Below are positions 1 through 12,842 of a DNA stretch of 64,000 nt, piece by piece; the stretch's first letter is position 1, and each line of letters begins with the position of its first letter. A program made the translations under genes and the position numbers. A model generated the notes under the pieces. The model did no database searches, was not told the DNA's origin, and saw only the letters and a list, made by a program, of their open reading frames with translations. The stretch comes from Epiperipatus broadwayi. Taxonomy: Eukaryota; Animalia; Onychophora. The stretch lies in the NCBI GenBank assembly GCA_028023455.1, contig JAQFVV010000007.1, forward strand, positions 8,432,001 through 8,496,000. Reading direction: 5' to 3'.

Positions 1-792
1 AATAGATAGTTGATCTATTCTTGCGTGTGTTTGTTGTCTATCTTCTTGGATTTCATTCTGTATTTTATTTTGTTCTTCCTTTACTTCTTCCCTAAAAATT
101 CCTTGATTTTTATACATTTCATCACATTTAACATTTAATCTATCTATGATGTCACTTTGGAACTCACTAAACCGCTGTTGACATTTTGAATTATTTTCAT
201 CAATTTCATTCTTTAGATCATTTAATGCTTGTTTAATTTCTATGTTATCTTTTTTAACATTATCCACATTTAAATTCAATTGTTGAATTTTTGTAGATAG
301 TTTATTTTTAATTCCTGTTATTTCAACCTTCAACTCACTTTTTAAACTAATATTATTATCATCCAATTTTTGATTCAAATCACTTTTTAAGTTACACATA
401 TCACTTCTAAAATTAGTACTATTATCATCCATTTTTTTATTCAAGTTATTTTTTAAATCATCTAGTTTTTTATTCATATTATCATCTAATTTATTCATAA
501 ACATTTGTAACATTTGCTGAATTGTATCAACATTAAATGATTGACTAATTCCAATTGTAGATGATTGATTTAAATCTTCATCAACTATATTTGGTGTTTG
601 AGATAACACTTGATCTAAACTCTGTGTTTGTTGAGGGTATTCAAATATGGTTGTAGAACCCCCAGGTGCTTGTACTAATGATGATTGTTCTATAATATTA
701 TTATCATCACTTTGTTCACTTTGCAAATCATCTTGCATTTGACTAGAGCATTCAATATCTTTGTTTGAAAACATTTTCCCACTTCGAAGCAT
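1..792 (-). CDS. Gag-like ORF of a Ty3/Gypsy-type LTR retrotransposon, truncated by the window edge
   Basis: 264 codons checked with no stop, from ATG at 792 to base 1: MLRSGKMFSNKDIECSSQ... followed by a long heptad/coiled-coil region (NKLDDNMNKKLDDLKNNLNKKMDD...). An N-terminal LRSG motif plus coiled coil is typical of arthropod Gypsy Gag. A PBS-like TGG lies upstream. Confidence 0.72.
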   Translation of the reverse strand, partial: MLRSGKMFSNKDIECSSQMQDDLQSEQSDDNNIIEQSSLVQAPGGSTTIFEYPQQTQSLDQVLSQTPNIVDEDLNQSSTIGISQSFNVDTIQQMLQMFMNKLDDNMNKKLDDLKNNLNKKMDDNSTNFRSDMCNLKSDLNQKLDDNNISLKSELKVEITGIKNKLSTKIQQLNLNVDNVKKDNIEIKQALNDLKNEIDENNSKCQQRFSEFQSDIIDRLNVKCDEMYKNQGIFREEVKEEQNKIQNEIQEDRQQTHARIDQLSI

Positions 793-1264
793 AACAAATT
801 TTAACTTAATTCAAATATTACACAAGTTTATATATTTTTATATTCAAAATATTATATCGTAAAGTTCTTTACCACCCCATGCTATTTATATATACTTATG
901 ATGTTCTAATGATCTATGTGTGTATTTTTAAACATCTATGTCTATAGAAAAACTTTATCCCACTCAACTCTTGTTTAAAACATAATTTAATAATTAGTTA
1001 TTTAAATATTGATCTCTCTAAATCATACTATATATATTATCATTTTTTTATTTATATTAATCTTGTAATTATAAACACCATATGAATCTTCATAACAACA
1101 TACTTGTTACTAAGAATAATCAATTAAACTATCCATGACTTTTTCACTATATGTAATAACATAGAATCATTGATTCAAAGCCCCAGTTAATATACTAAAT
1201 ATGTAATAGTATATAATTTATACCTGTGATGAACTTAAATGTTCAATGCCTAAAACATTGCATG

Positions 1265-1431
1265 CCAAATATAATGGGACGGCCTATTTGATAGCCTTAG
1301 TTGAGGCACCAAATATAATGGAATGGCATTTAATCATCCCAGTTGATATACCAAATATAATAGAATCGATTATATTTAATGCTTGGAAATCATTAACTTA
1401 ATGCTTCATAGTTAGGTTCGCCAAATATAAC
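1265..1431. repeat. Four spaced copies of CCAAATATAA (degenerate tandem repeat)
   Basis: Motif at 1265, 1309, 1351 and 1421; spacings 44, 42 and 70 bp; two spacers are similar to each other. Confidence 0.8.
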
Positions 1432-2390
1432 AAAATGGATTATATTTAAAATCTAAGTTGTATATATGGAGATGATTAAATTCCCTAGAAAGAGGATATG
1501 CATTTCACTACAATCGGACTTTTTGGGTCTTCAGGTAGAATGCTAGAAATGAATCAATGAAATACTAAGTCCATGATTATATCTATCTTTTTTATGCTAG
1601 CTCAATAATCTTTAAATAAGTTTTAATATAATTTAGACTATTTCATCCATCTTTCATCCCTCTTTTAGTCACCATTATGCCATGATATTCAAACTCATGG
1701 AGAATTTGCAATTAGCTCTCTTCAGGGAAAATTCAAAACAAGTTATTATTTATATGCCTTTATATAAGCATTAATTACAATTGATATTCATATGATATTT
1801 ATAATACTAGCATATATATAATATAATTCAATAATGATTAGACAAAGAGATCAAGTTAATAAATCAATATTTAATAAATAATAAAAAATATAATATAATA
1901 GATAATAAAATATTAATAAATAAATACGGATGAATTTTATTATTTTAAAAATATTAATAAATAATATTTTTATTTAATACCCTATGATAAAACTCAATAC
2001 TATAATAAACTTTCAAAAATTAAAGAAAATAGTTTAAATTAACAGATATATAAAAACAATATCTGGGTTCAAAAATTAATAATTTATGTAACTTATTAAT
2101 TTATTTACCGTTCTTATTTATATGTTTCATAATTACCAATATATAAGTACAATTTGCAATTGTATAACTTATATATTATATGTATTTTTGATAAATAAAG
2201 TACATTAAACGTTTACAATATTACATAGTAAATACAATATAATCCTGTTTAAGATATCTGTCAAATAATAACTATTCTTTATATCCCTCATCTAATTTGA
2301 TGAATTATGTCAAGCTTTCAATTAATTATATTTAATAATAAATATAATTTTCCTATTAAGATATAATGATGCGATGCTAGCATTATTATA
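1412..2390 (-). mobile_element. Putative 5' LTR (1426-2390) and PBS (about 1412-1423) of the Gypsy element
   Basis: The minus strand reads ...ttgttata|tt|tggcgaacc: an LTR-end-like motif, 2 nt, then a TGG PBS resembling the tRNA-Arg PBS TGGCGAGCC. Possible LTR start tataataatgctagc at 2390. The second LTR is not in the window, so boundaries are unverified. Confidence 0.3.
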
Positions 2391-4164
2391 ATATATATAA
2401 ATAAATAATAAAGAAAACTTATTTATAATAGAGTTGAGAGTAGATATTGAAGTCTATAGTTCATCATCCTAATGAAGATCTTTTACGAAGTATATTATTA
2501 ATCCATTGGTATAATGATGATTTTATTTATCCTTAAATGATAAACTGTTAATAATATCCAATGATTTGATTAATATGAAATAAAATAAATATTCTTTGAA
2601 TGTAGATGTTCTTAATCTTCATTTTTCTATTATCATTAGACGTTCTATATATCCAATATTTCAAAATATTTTAAAATAGCATGCAAGGTTGGTTTCGAAA
2701 CCTTTTACGATATAATAATTATACTACTCACTGTACATTGTTTTATCCTTAATATATTTAATTATCTTAAATTTATATATATCCGAAGAATAATGGAAGT
2801 GTTAAAACAACGTAGTTTTTAAAAAAAAACTTAAACAGACGTTCTTTTCTTTTATATTGCTATTCCTTTAAGATTTAATAGAAAATTAAAATATTTTCCT
2901 TGCAGACTTTTAATCCACAGATTATCTTAATTTGGAAAAGTTAATGTTTAAATTCCAATCATTGAACAGTAGTATTGATAAAAGAAAAAGTTATTTTTAA
3001 AAAGAAATGATTTTCTTTTTCTTCCCTTTTTAATAACAAGAGAACGAATGAATCTGCTCGTGTGTTATTACAAGTTCATGCTTAACTCAACTATCAATTG
3101 TTCCATTGACATTAAGATTTAATAATAAAATAAAAAATATATATAAGTATTTATTCTTAACTTCAAATCTGGCATTTTACTCAAAAGCTTAAGGTATGTA
3201 TTATTTAAAACTCAAATGTATATATAACAGAACTGGGAATGCTTAAATGGTGAAATAGACTTGTACAATTGGACAATCCAAGGACAATATACCCAATGCA
3301 ACTGTTTCTTTCAAGCTTATTCCTCCCAAATAGTCATGAGGCATGAATAGACATGTTAACAGTTGATATAACAAATTTTTTAAATAACTAATGAAGAAAT
3401 GGACATGTATAATTGGACAATTTTGTGAACAATAATTTAAGCATAAGAAGTTGGGTTTATGTGTGTGAGTCTGGAAGGGCAGGTGAATTTTGTGTCATTG
3501 CACATCTGGAACCATAAAACCCCCACTCACATATCTAAACATTTATACTTGAATGTTTAAAAATCATATGGACAGAATCAATTGGATGGATGCGGATGTG
3601 CTTGACATGCACCGACACTCCCTAAATTTGTTTGTAACAATTCTTGTTGATTGCATTGTAATATCCAAACTTATGCCTCTTGAATTGTCTTGAGGCACAA
3701 ATAAAGGCATTTGAAAGTAAACTATTTAGATAAGAAAATAACTGAAAACATATTGCTAATCATGCAGGAATATGTATATGTGTAATGTCTTTTTCAATGA
3801 AGTGCCAATACATAGAAAGTTACATATCTAAAAACTTTGCTAGTATATGTAAAACATTCTTTCTTCATCATTCTTTTATATACTACTGTAAGCCTAGATA
3901 TTTCTTCTTTTCCACTACCCACTCACATTAATTATATTAAATATAGCACCTGATGCTATCTTTTCTTCTACTATTCCATTTTAATGATAGCTGTTTCATT
4001 AGGTTTAATATTCTTTATCAAACTATTCACCTGAAGCCCAAGCAAATAACCAAAGAAATTCAACATCTTCAACTTCTCTCACTTTTATATTCCTTCAATT
4101 CTCCAATATATTATATTCTGCTTCTCTTTCAACATACATCTTTTAAACTAAATATGCCAATTCA

Positions 4165-5470
4165 TAATTAAATCACTAGCCAAAATTAAATCGTAGATTC
4201 ACTATTAATAGTTTCTTGTGAAACAGACTTCTCAAATGCAAATTTAACACAACACAAAACAAATATATATTATTCAATGCCCCCATAATTCCAATTCATA
4301 TCAAAATTAAGAATCAAAATTATAAATCTTGGTTAAAATAAATTATTTATTTTTTTCATTTTTTTTTTTTATTATTTTTTTTCAAAATAACAATCTCAGC
4401 CTGTCCAACTTAATCTCAAATGGGCTATATTTTTCTCATGAAATATATATATAATACAAGAGCTAAGATATTTATTTTTTAATCTACTTTTATAAATTTT
4501 CATTTTATCTTTTATGCCCAAATTACTTTGAACTATATATTTTTTTTAAATGTAAAAATATTAAATGTCAAAAGTTAAACTTATCAATATAATAAATTTA
4601 AGTAATCAATACACAATTAAATCACTAGTCAAAATTTAATTCCAAATCCATTATTGTTTCCCTGTCAAAGCAGATTTTTCGAAGAAAAAGCAAAACAACA
4701 CAAAACAAATATATACTATTTTATCTTCTTATAATTTCAACTCACATTCTAATTCCCTTTAATATAAAAGGAATATTTAAATAAGTATCTGATATGAGAT
4801 GGCATGGAGAGTTGAGGTCGTGTGAAAGTCTGAGTTCGAATTCCTTATATATTACATTATATGTGCAGGTGTGTGTAAGCCTGTATAGTGTATTAAATTA
4901 CATAATGAAACATAGTGCGTTAAAGGTCTGCCCATCCCTTGCATATATATGAAAATGGATTATTCTCCGGGACATGAGGGGTCAGAATGACTAACGTCAA
5001 TATGGGTAAAATGACAACCTTGGCACTAACGTGGGCTTTGAACATTACACCATCAGATTTTGAATGAAATGGACATGGGGTGGAGTAGTTTGAAACCTGT
5101 CGATTAAAGTAGGAAGATTGGCTACCTTAATATAAAGCTGAGCACTGGTTATATATATGTGTGAAGATAGTAATATGAACCAAATGATGATTGCTGGTTT
5201 AGCATGAAATACGTATATTGGCGATTATTTATCTTTTCAACATGTGTGTTATCACGTGGGTCAGCAATATGAGATGGCATGGAGAGTTGAGGGTCATGCG
5301 AAATCCCTTATATAAAAGTGTTTTATAATTTTTCTCTGTTTTTTATTTTTTTTAAAAAATAATTCTTAGCTTGCTCAAACTTAACCTTATGGCCTGTATT
5401 TCTTTCATGAATATATAATGCAGAACTAAGATATGTATTCTTTCTTTTATAAATTTTTACTCTTTCACTT
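4165..5470. repeat. About 440-bp diverged tandem duplication, second copy interrupted by an insertion
   Basis: aatcactag(c/t)caaaatt...caacacaaaacaaatata at ~4170 and ~4620. The tail of the unit (cttagcttg...aactaagatat) resumes at ~5360 after the 4790-5320 insertion. Confidence 0.55.
4791..5320 (+). mobile_element. SINE-like dispersed repeat with terminal redundancy
   Basis: atatgagatggcatggagagttgagg at both 4791 and ~5267; B-box-like gagttcgaattcc. Related partial copies at ~5945-6055 and ~21180-21330. Confidence 0.5.
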
Positions 5471-6419
5471 AAACTTTAATTAAAGTTGCTTTTGGCCTAC
5501 AAAAACAAAAAATAATACAAAGTGTTCTAGGAATATTTGTATTTATATATTCGACTATTTTCATTATCTAATATCAACTATTGAATGTCTTTAGAAAAAT
5601 TTAACTTTATTTAAATTTTCAAATTATATTCAACTGTTAAATAATAGCACACAGATTAGTATACAACGTTGAGAGATGTATTATTCTCCTTTCTTTTTCA
5701 GGTGTAATTGAAAAAATTAAATAAAGTTACATTTTTGTAAAAAAAAATCCAATAATTAATATTAGATAATGGAAATAGTTCGATATATAAATACAACTAA
5801 AATCCATCATCACAACCTTTTCGAAAATTCTCTAGGAATAGGATTTCTATTAATTTGTTTTATTTTGTATTATTCAATAAAAATATATGACTTTTTTCTA
5901 CAGTACAGTCTTTTTCATACCTGCACTCCAATATGTAATATATAGGAGGTTTGTTTATCTTTTCGACATGTGTGTGATTAAGTATGTCAGCAGTATGAGA
6001 TAGCGTGGATAATTGGGAGTTGTGTGAAAGTCTGAGTTCAAACCCCCTATATATTATTCAATAAAATTATTTTAAAATAACATGCTTCCTCTATATTATT
6101 TTCTTATTACCAAACATATTACGATTAGTTCTTAAAACTTTATATTAAAAGTAATCGAAATGTGAGTAGGAATTATGAGAAGAAGAGATAGTATATATTT
6201 ATTTTGTTTTGGGTTAACTTTGCATTGAAGAAATTTGTCAACGCAGGAAACTATTGTTAGGAATTTATAATTTAATTTTCGGCAGTGATTTAATTGTGAA
6301 TTGGTCTAACTGGTGTTTTATGTTAACTACTTTTGTTTTTGGCATTATCTCTCACTTTTATATAAACCCTATCCAGTCAGATATTTAAAAGTAATTTTTA
6401 CTATCCTAAGTTCTTATCT

Positions 6420-8260
6420 GTAACACATGTAAATGTAAACTCACTCCAATGTTAGCACATATCTTTTTGTATTTATGTACTTTTTATTCTTCTATAACTC
6501 CAAACTATATTATTTTCCATAACTCCATTTTATTTTTTTTACCCTACTTATCTCTTCTCTTTTCTCATTTCCATAACGACGAACCCAATCTCATTTCTTA
6601 TAAGTATACATAGAAATAAATCTTTTATAGTAAAACCTTTCATTCCCACCATATTCTCTTTTATCTTATTGTTTTTCTTAAATTATTGTAATTCTTGTTA
6701 TAATCTTACTAACCTTTTTAATTTGTTTTTAATTAACTACATTAAGAAAATCCCATTTCTCTGAATAGCTTCATTTTCTGTTCACAGTTTATCATCCAAT
6801 GCATATTTTTTTCTTTCTTTTGAATTTTATTTGTTTCTTTTAATCCTCTGGATAACAGAAACTGCTTCCTTTCAAATACTAATGTAGTTACCATGATACC
6901 CTTTTACATTCCTTGTATTTATAATATAATAAACGTCAGATTTTTACTCTTTTTTTTTTTAGCTTTATTCCTCAATTATATTTCTCATCCGTTTACATAC
7001 TTCCTTTTCATATTAACACAATGCCTATACTCTTTTTTTCAAAATATATAAATTTTCATCTTTTACTTTTATTTTCCATTTATTACTAATATCATAGCTT
7101 TTTCTCCACTGACTACAACTTTCTTTTTGTCACTTCCACCAATTTCTGCTATCTCAAATTCTCTTAGGAGTAAAATGTAACTAATAAGAATGACATCTTT
7201 GTTTTAATTATAACCTCCAATACATTGATACCCTTCAATTAGTATTTATAAAAATTACCATTGCAAAAACCCTTAATTGCTCTTAATATTCTTAAATATA
7301 TTCCAGAATTTATAGGACGTTTTAGTGCATATTCTTATTTATTCCACTATAAGCTTTTTCTATATCTAAAAATGCTATAAATAATTGTTTCCTACAGATT
7401 ATTTCATGCAAGTGAAAAAGAATGAATGTTTAGTTTAAAAATAAATACTTTATTCCTTAACTGTCTCATGCACAAAACCTACTCTTTTTTTTTCCCCCAA
7501 GATTTTATGTTCTTCTGTCTAAATCTTATATAACATATGAAAATATTTTACATATGATAACTGCTGCTATTGTAGATCATGAAATAGTCTAGAATCTCTT
7601 CCCTTTCCTTTAGATTTAATTTAATTCTCACCCCCCCCCCTATTTCCTTAGAATGTTTTTATTATCTATAATTTTTCAGAAGTTTTTCTTCACACAATCC
7701 CTATATAAAAACTAATATTTTGCTTCCAAATTAATCATTCATTTTGACTTCTATTATTCCTGTTAGCCTTGTTTCTTTTACTCTCTTTACCCATCCTCTC
7801 ATGAATTAATTTTTCCAGCAATATGATTTCATTTCTCAACTTCCTATCATTTAAGTTTTTTATGATAAACTTGTTGGTACAGTTATTTTTCCATGTTCTT
7901 ATGCCTTCTTCTCTCATATTCAACAATATATTAATCTTTTCTGCTTATTTCTCTTTATAATATATATATATTCAACTTTCCTACAGCCTTTCTTAATTGC
8001 ATTATTAATTATCCAATTAATTTCTACACATTTCCATGTTAATTCTACTCTCACTATTTCTTTTTCCTTAAATAATTATCTCATATAACTTTCACAGTCT
8101 CTTCTACCAATTGTCTTAATAACTTCTTTATATTCACTAATGTCCCCTTTATTCTCTTTTACACTTTCTGAAATATATTTACTTCATCTATTCTCATAAT
8201 TCTAAATAAATATCCATTTGTTCTTCTTCATCGTTAATACTCTTAATAAATTGTTGATAC
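6420..8260 (-). mobile_element. Decayed non-LTR retrotransposon (RT region), clade unresolved
   Basis: Minus-strand remnants KGKG...TIAAVIICKIF, RFRQK, AFLDIEKAYSGINK (the LDxxKAYDxV motif) and GIYLRILRAIK; many stops and frameshifts. Confidence 0.7.
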
Positions 8261-9559
8261 CAACTATATTACAAAATTACAGTATTGTTGGGCTGAATAA
8301 GTAAAATGAATGATGGATAATGCAAGATTTATTAAAGATGCTAGTGAAAAAATAGACTCCTATTTATGTAACAAAGATTAACTGGAAGATATTCTAAGAA
8401 ATGCCATGTTGATCATTTTTACTGGAAAAATGTACTAGATAATAGTACATATTATAGAGCTAGAATTAAACATAGTTTTGAAGTATTACATGAAAAAGTT
8501 TTCTGCAGAAGAAAGTTACAAGATATCATCATAAAATATAAAATTAACAGAATAATAAATTAATGTTTTTTTATGCAGATGTTTTTATGGTGTATATATT
8601 GCTCCGCCCTAATTTAGTATTATAATTGCTTTGTTTTATCTTTTCAAACGTTTCTTTTGAATTGGAATGCAATAACTATTGCATTCCAATTCCAAAAGAA
8701 TTCCTTTAGGAATTCCGGCTGATGCGGCAGTTCGTAATTTTGTTATACATTAATTGTTTTTCGTTTTAAATTATATGTTCTTTATAGAATATAATTACAG
8801 TAAATTTATAACAATATAACAAATTAGAAAATAACTGCAGCAAATTCATTTGAAATTAATAAAGTCTTGGTAAGATATTACATTTTTAGAAATAGTGTCT
8901 TAAAATTGTGTTTCTTATATTAATAATTTCATTCTCTATTTAAAATTTGTAAAAAAAAAAAAATTATAAAAAGTGAAAATTAACTTTTTGTAAAATATTA
9001 TAATTTATATATTTGTTTGTTTATTTTATATTTTTATATGTTTTTAAAAATATTTTTGATTTGTATATTTTTGTTTTTATAAATTTCTAAATTACATTTT
9101 GACAAATATTATAAAAATAATGAATTTTTGTTTGATGTTTTTTGTTCAATAAATCATGTTTTTTTTGTTTTTTTAAAAAGTGTGGGAGAAATTTATATAT
9201 TTGAAACTAATTAAGTTTAAATAAAAAAGCAAAGAATTTTTGGAATATATATGGTCTATAATACAATAAACATCAGTGGATAACTAGCTAATTTCACACA
9301 TCGCTATAAGCTTGTTCAATTAACTGAATCAACCACTTTGACTACATCAATAAAAGTTATATTTAAATTGCATCTTTATATCCAACATTTTTCTTGCATT
9401 TTCCAGGTGTCAAAAACCATATTTTTAGTGATTCTTGATTTTTTTTTTTATCAATTAATATTTAATAAACTAGATAAAACTTGTTATATTGATTATTATA
9501 CATTATTTAGACAAATTGAATTGTTCATTGATTTATATGAGACTGTAGACCTCTATAAC

Positions 9560-11420
9560 TGGTTGAAATTGCATGATGCTTGTGGTATGGTGATCCTTTG
9601 CAGGATTTCAGCAGAAAAGAACCTTATTCCATGTTTCATCAAATAACTGCAAGGTGGCCAAGATTTTATCAGTCTTTGAATTTTTTAACTTGTGCTATAT
9701 ATGGTTGCTGGGGATTGAGTGAGCTATTCTCAATAGACTTGCACCTGGTCAACCATAATGCAAACAAGGAAAAAAATACTTAGTCTTATGATGTTAAGTT
9801 CTATAATGTTAAAAGCAGCTTTCAATGTGAGTATTGTTCCAATATCCATGGTGACTATTGAGCTTATTAGACTTTTAATAGTGCTAAAATGAGAGCACGT
9901 GTAGAACAGGTGTCGAAAGGTTTCTTCAGCTGATATGCAAAGTCCACACTAAGTATCAATGCTCCAGAAACATCTCTTCCAGACCAATAAGTGTTTGGTG
10001 GGCAGGGCCATAAGATTCATTTTAATGACAAAATCAATGAATTTTGGCTCTATGTAAAGTGATTTGAGTTTTAACTGCCTGTTGTTAAGGCCAGTTTCAC
10101 TGGGAAACACTGTTAGGTCCTTGTGAATCAAATGGTAGACTCCCTTTAATTTCTTTTATTGTAGCTGGAGGGTTGGGATGGGTTTATTAGATCTTTGGCA
10201 TAGTTCCAAATCTCAGGGATCTATTTGCTTGAAATTGGAGGGGGGTGTCTGTTGGCCCAACTGGAAGAGAAAAATTTCTATCTCCTTGATCAATGAACAT
10301 GGTTCTCAAAGCATTGAGGGCTCTTTGTGCATAAGAAGTGGCAACTGAGTGGAGACCCATTCATTGTTTTCCTTAGGCATTTATATTTTTGTGATGCTGA
10401 CTGCCACCAACTTTACCTCTCCATAGAAGTCTGGAACATATAGAGTTGATTTCATTGTTGAAGGCTATGGTAGGCTTGATAATCAGCAGGTAGTAGTTGA
10501 TTCTAAGTAGGATGAGCATGTTTAACAGTGTGGTTTGGAGGGAAGGGAGAGCTTAATCAATGAGAGAGAGCTGACAGTTTTGGTGATTTTATCAATCAAC
10601 TTCTGCTGTATGTCTCTCCTCATTTGAGTAAAAGATTTGTATAGAGGAAAACTCAGAAAATCTTGTGGTTTTGATGTAAATGGTGATTGTATGTTGGAAC
10701 CATCATATATTTTTCATGCCAATGACTTCGAAAGATTGACTCAGAGATTTAATTGTGCTTAAAATTTGTCACTTATTTGAATAAGGACTAAAAGAAACTT
10801 CTTGTTAGGTAGAAATATTGTTATGTCATCAATATATGAAATTTGGTGGATCACTTTTTTTGAGTGAAGGTACAAAGATACCCAGCAAATACTTTTCAAT
10901 TTCAAGAAGAAGGGAATTAATGTAGAAAATAAAACAGAGTGTGCTTAAGGGGAAATCTTGCAGAATTGAAAGATGAGGCCTAAACACTGTGCTAATGCTT
11001 CCATCCAGTGAGGTAAAAATAGAGCAGTTCAGCAATAGATTGGAAATAATTCTGACATAGACCTTTTGAACTCCATAATCATGGAGAGTTTGGAGCAATA
11101 CTGATGGAAGCATGGAGTTGAAGGCAGATCTAAAGTCAAGTTGTATGGCAATTTGAGTGGATTTCCTGTAATACTTGGCATGTTCTGAGAGTAGTAAGAA
11201 ATGGTGAACGGCATCACTGGTGGAACATTTCTTTCTGGCAAATTAATACAGAGTAATGAAGGAGAACCCAATAACGAATCTTTGACAATCTGGATATTAA
11301 AACTGGAAGCAATCTATTTCATAAAATTCCTTAGAAGTACTTTTGCTACAGCAGATAATAATAGAATTCAACAGTAATTAATCCATTCTATCCACTTTAA
11401 ATTAAAACACTATAAATGTC
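9560..11420 (-). mobile_element. Decayed L1/Tx1-like LINE (RT and 3' region)
   Basis: IAIQLDFRSAFNSM, SILQDFPLSTLCFIFYINSLL (equivalent to GVRQGCPLSPLLF), LGIFVP and a YADD-equivalent (tatattgatgacataacaatatttc) occur in the correct order. Confidence 0.65.
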
Positions 11421-11529
11421 CTCCAAACAGATAGTATGCAGCATATTTTAGTCAAGTATAATATATTTGATTAATAAATAAACAAGAGATAAAGAAACTT
11501 GATTTTCTTTTAATTTATTTTTTTTTTGT

Positions 11530-12010
11530 TATAGATTACTATATGTAGTTGTAAAACATGGGCAGTGAGTAATAAAATTAGGATTACATTGAAAGCCTTT
11601 GAGATATGGTCATGGAGATGAATAGAAAAAATCAGATGGGTGAATAAAATAACAAACAAAGAAGTTTTAAAAAGAATAAATGAAGAAAATTGAGGAAATT
11701 AGAAAGAGAAAGAGAAACTGAAGAAGTTTTAAAAAGAATAAATGAAGAAAATTGAGGGAAAGAGAAAGAGAAACTGAATTGGACATACATTAAGAAAAAA
11801 GTATAGTTTAATGAAAGATGTTTTGAAGGGAATGATAGTGGGAACAAAATAAGAAGATAGAAAAGATTGACATTGTTGGATGATATAAGAAATGGGAAGA
11901 GTTATGTGGACTTGAAGAACTGGGCAATGAAGAGAATGGAAAAAAAATGAATGACTTGGTGATGTGACTACTCTCTGAACCTATCCATAGGGCAGAATAC
12001 TATTGATGAT
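11530..12010 (+). mobile_element. RTE-like LINE 3' fragment
   Basis: C(K)TW...LKAFEIWSWR..KIRWVNKITNKEVLKRINE remnant, typical of the post-RT region; internal ~60-bp duplication; gat-type tail. Confidence 0.65.
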
Positions 12011-12034
12011 CATAATAGATAAATTACAGGGAAT

Positions 12035-12160
12035 TTGTTGCTGTGATACGAAGAGAGGTACGAACTGAAAAAATTGAATTAAATTTGATGAGGCCATCCT
12101 GCAGTGGATTGATAATAGTTAAAAGTGATGATGATGATGATGATTATGATGAAAATGCTT
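12035..12160 (+). mobile_element. RTE 3' end with (GAT)n tail
   Basis: catcctgcagtggattgataat...(gat)n matches the 3' end of the 28.6-31.5 kb RTE. Confidence 0.75.
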
Positions 12161-12235
12161 TTATTGTACTAAATTTAACTTTAATTTTCAAATAGGTAAT
12201 ATAATTTCAATACCGCAATGTTTATTGTTTATTCA

Positions 12236-12463
12236 TTACACATGTTTAAACACATGTGAGCTAAGATGAAATGGCCTACTACAAGGCAAAACCTCTCCAA
12301 CAGTCTCTAATAAAGGAACAGCACTAGAGAAAGCAGTGTTTATCAAATTTTGCACTTGCACAATTAGCTTGAAGGGCTGATATTTGAATGTAATTTCAGG
12401 TATTAAAAATTTCCAGTTTTCCATCCTTGTCTTGACCTCGACTCCTTTACTCTCTAATATTGG
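12236..12463 (-). CDS. Candidate terminal coding exon of an unidentified host gene
   Basis: AG acceptor, 75 open codons (PILESKGVEVKTRMENWKFLIPEITFKYQPF...VFKHV*), and two AATAAA signals directly after the stop (plus-strand tttatt at 12221 and 12228). No family recognised. Confidence 0.35.
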   Translation of the reverse strand, partial: PILESKGVEVKTRMENWKFLIPEITFKYQPFKLIVQVQNLINTAFSSAVPLLETVGEVLPCSRPFHLSSHVFKHV

Positions 12464-12770
12464 CTAGTGGATTGGACTTAGTATGAATCGGTTACTTTCA
12501 AAATAAAAACTCTAGTTAAAATCTTGAAAATGTTGATGTTTTAGCTAGTTCAGATTCAAACTCAGGCTGTGGCAATGGTATACAAATCTATTATTACTAA
12601 GTCAGGTCATGAGTTAGATAAAAAAAAATACCATAGCACTGCTGAGAATTTTTAGAAAATATTCATGTTACAAAAATCATTATCAACAACCAACTTTCTC
12701 AACTTAAGATTGCCTAAGAAAACATAATTATTCTGTAATCTCAAAAACATGTTTATTTTTATGTGTCAAA

Positions 12771-12842
12771 GTGTCAGTCAAGAAGTGAACCCTGGGACAA
12801 CTACTTGTAAGGCAGCTGTGATAATCACTCGGCCACCAATGC
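12771..12842 (-). pseudogene. tRNA-Gly-derived retroposed copy (strongly diverged)
   Basis: gcattggtggccgagtgattatcacagctgccttacaagtagttgtcccagggttcacttc... aligns to tRNA-Gly(TCC) and shares flanks and an A-rich tail with the 20718 copy. Confidence 0.6.

Noticed and set aside
1265-1431. CRISPR-like repeat-spacer appearance of the CCAAATATAA array
   Set aside because: Repeat only 10 bp, spacers uneven and partly homologous to each other, eukaryotic context, no cas genes.
3231-3700. Cysteine-spaced, EGF/teneurin-like peptide remnants (YVCESGRAGEFCVIAH) and a repeated ga(c)(t/a)tgta(c/t)aattggacaat motif
   Set aside because: Stops in all frames and similarity limited to a few residues; cannot be supported without a search.
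9338-9783. 102-aa and 67-aa plus-strand ORFs
   Set aside because: They overlap the antisense strand of the L1-like relic or are AT-rich chance ORFs.
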